Shown here: one piece after another, positions 63,147 to 64,000 of the stretch
How the letters are laid out: every line of letters begins with the position of its first letter
How positions within the stretch are numbered: position 1 is the stretch's first letter
NCBI GenBank assembly: GCA_039096225.1
Contig: JBBPEB010000009.1
Span: forward strand, 124,001-188,000
Origin: Blastocystis sp. Blastoise
Taxonomy: Eukaryota > Protista > Bigyra: Opalinata
Reading direction: 5' to 3'
DNA: 64,000 nucleotides
Notes under the pieces: generated by a model
What the model saw: only the letters and a program-made list of their open reading frames with translations
Databases searched by the model: none
What the model was told of the DNA's origin: nothing
Program-made: the position numbers and the translations under genes

Positions 63147-64000
63147 GTTTAAAAATAGTTAACTATATACTAGCTTCTTTCTCTTGTTGATATTTAATAA
63201 TATCATAATATTTTCTTGAAGGAAACGTACATGTATTAAAAGCAGAACAATATCTATATAATAAATTATATATAAAATGAAAAAGAATATTCTATATATA
63301 TAGATAATAATTCATTAGTATTCATTAATATATATATATATATTACCCTTTAAATAATTTCATAGCTTCACTTCTTGACTGTGGAATAGAATCGATATGT
63401 TTCACTTCTTTCAACCAGAGAGCGAACTCCTATAGATATACAATAAAATAATATTTATATATAGATATATAGAGAGAATAATTATGTATATATTCTATAC
63501 TATAGTATTATGATTATATATATATATACCATTTGTTTATTGAAATAATCAGAATCAACAACAATTCCATATTTACCATAGTTATTCATATCAATAGCTA
63601 AAGATTTCTGGGTATGCTGATGAGAAGAATGCTAAGTATATTTATATACATATATATAATTATTTATATATATATTATTATTTATATATATAATTTATTT
63701 TTATAAAATATATACATGTCTGTGTCCATGACTATGTCCACTACCGTGACCACTACCGTGACCATGACTATGTCCATGACTATGTCCATGACTACGACTG
63801 CGTCCTCGATGTTCATTATTACTCTCAGAATCAGATGACGAACTATCATTTCTTTCTTTTGATTGATTTATTTGCTTATTCTGATCGGTCGTTTGTTGTC
63901 TCACACTTGTATCATCATCAGAAGAATCAACTAAAACCCACATCTCACTCTTTTTATTTTCTGCTATCTTGCCGACATCATCAGAAATGGAACGAGAACG
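62519..64000 (-). CDS. Conserved eukaryotic hypothetical protein, 5' truncated by the window end
   Basis: Spliced YGKYGIVVDSDYFNKQMEFALWLKEVK..LNTCTFPSRKYYD..AAFKRGD..ILAPD; His/Gly/Ser repeat; frame stays open to 64000. Confidence 0.75.

Overview
Very AT-rich, intron-dense eukaryotic genomic DNA. It is probably from an anaerobic gut stramenopile of the Blastocystis/Opalinata type (inferred from a Helicobacter-like cholesterol alpha-glucosyltransferase and minor introns; not proven). I reconstructed about 20 protein-coding genes by splicing by eye: ZIP transporter, RecX, golgin-84-like, PheRS beta, AMPK-beta-like, PIG-U-like, ARL1, a large coiled-coil ORF, an intronless GT4 glucosyltransferase, an SPX-PH-CaMK kinase, DMC1, a stomatin/SPFH protein, kinesin, glutathione reductase, a GnT-I-like enzyme, IscA, a TPT-family transporter, a bromo/CW/ARID/PHD chromatin protein, and two genes truncated by the window edges. 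Most short ORFs in the track are microsatellite or intron artefacts. Main observations: (1) a roughly 90-nt element shared by the upstream regions of two unrelated genes, with a covarying AUGA-loop hairpin, each copy followed by a different structured domain; (2) an SPX-PH-protein kinase fusion; (3) introns that appear to need non-AG 3' ends (GT-AA, GT-AT); (4) two AT-AC U12-type introns in DMC1; (5) an intron-bearing bacterial-type RecX.
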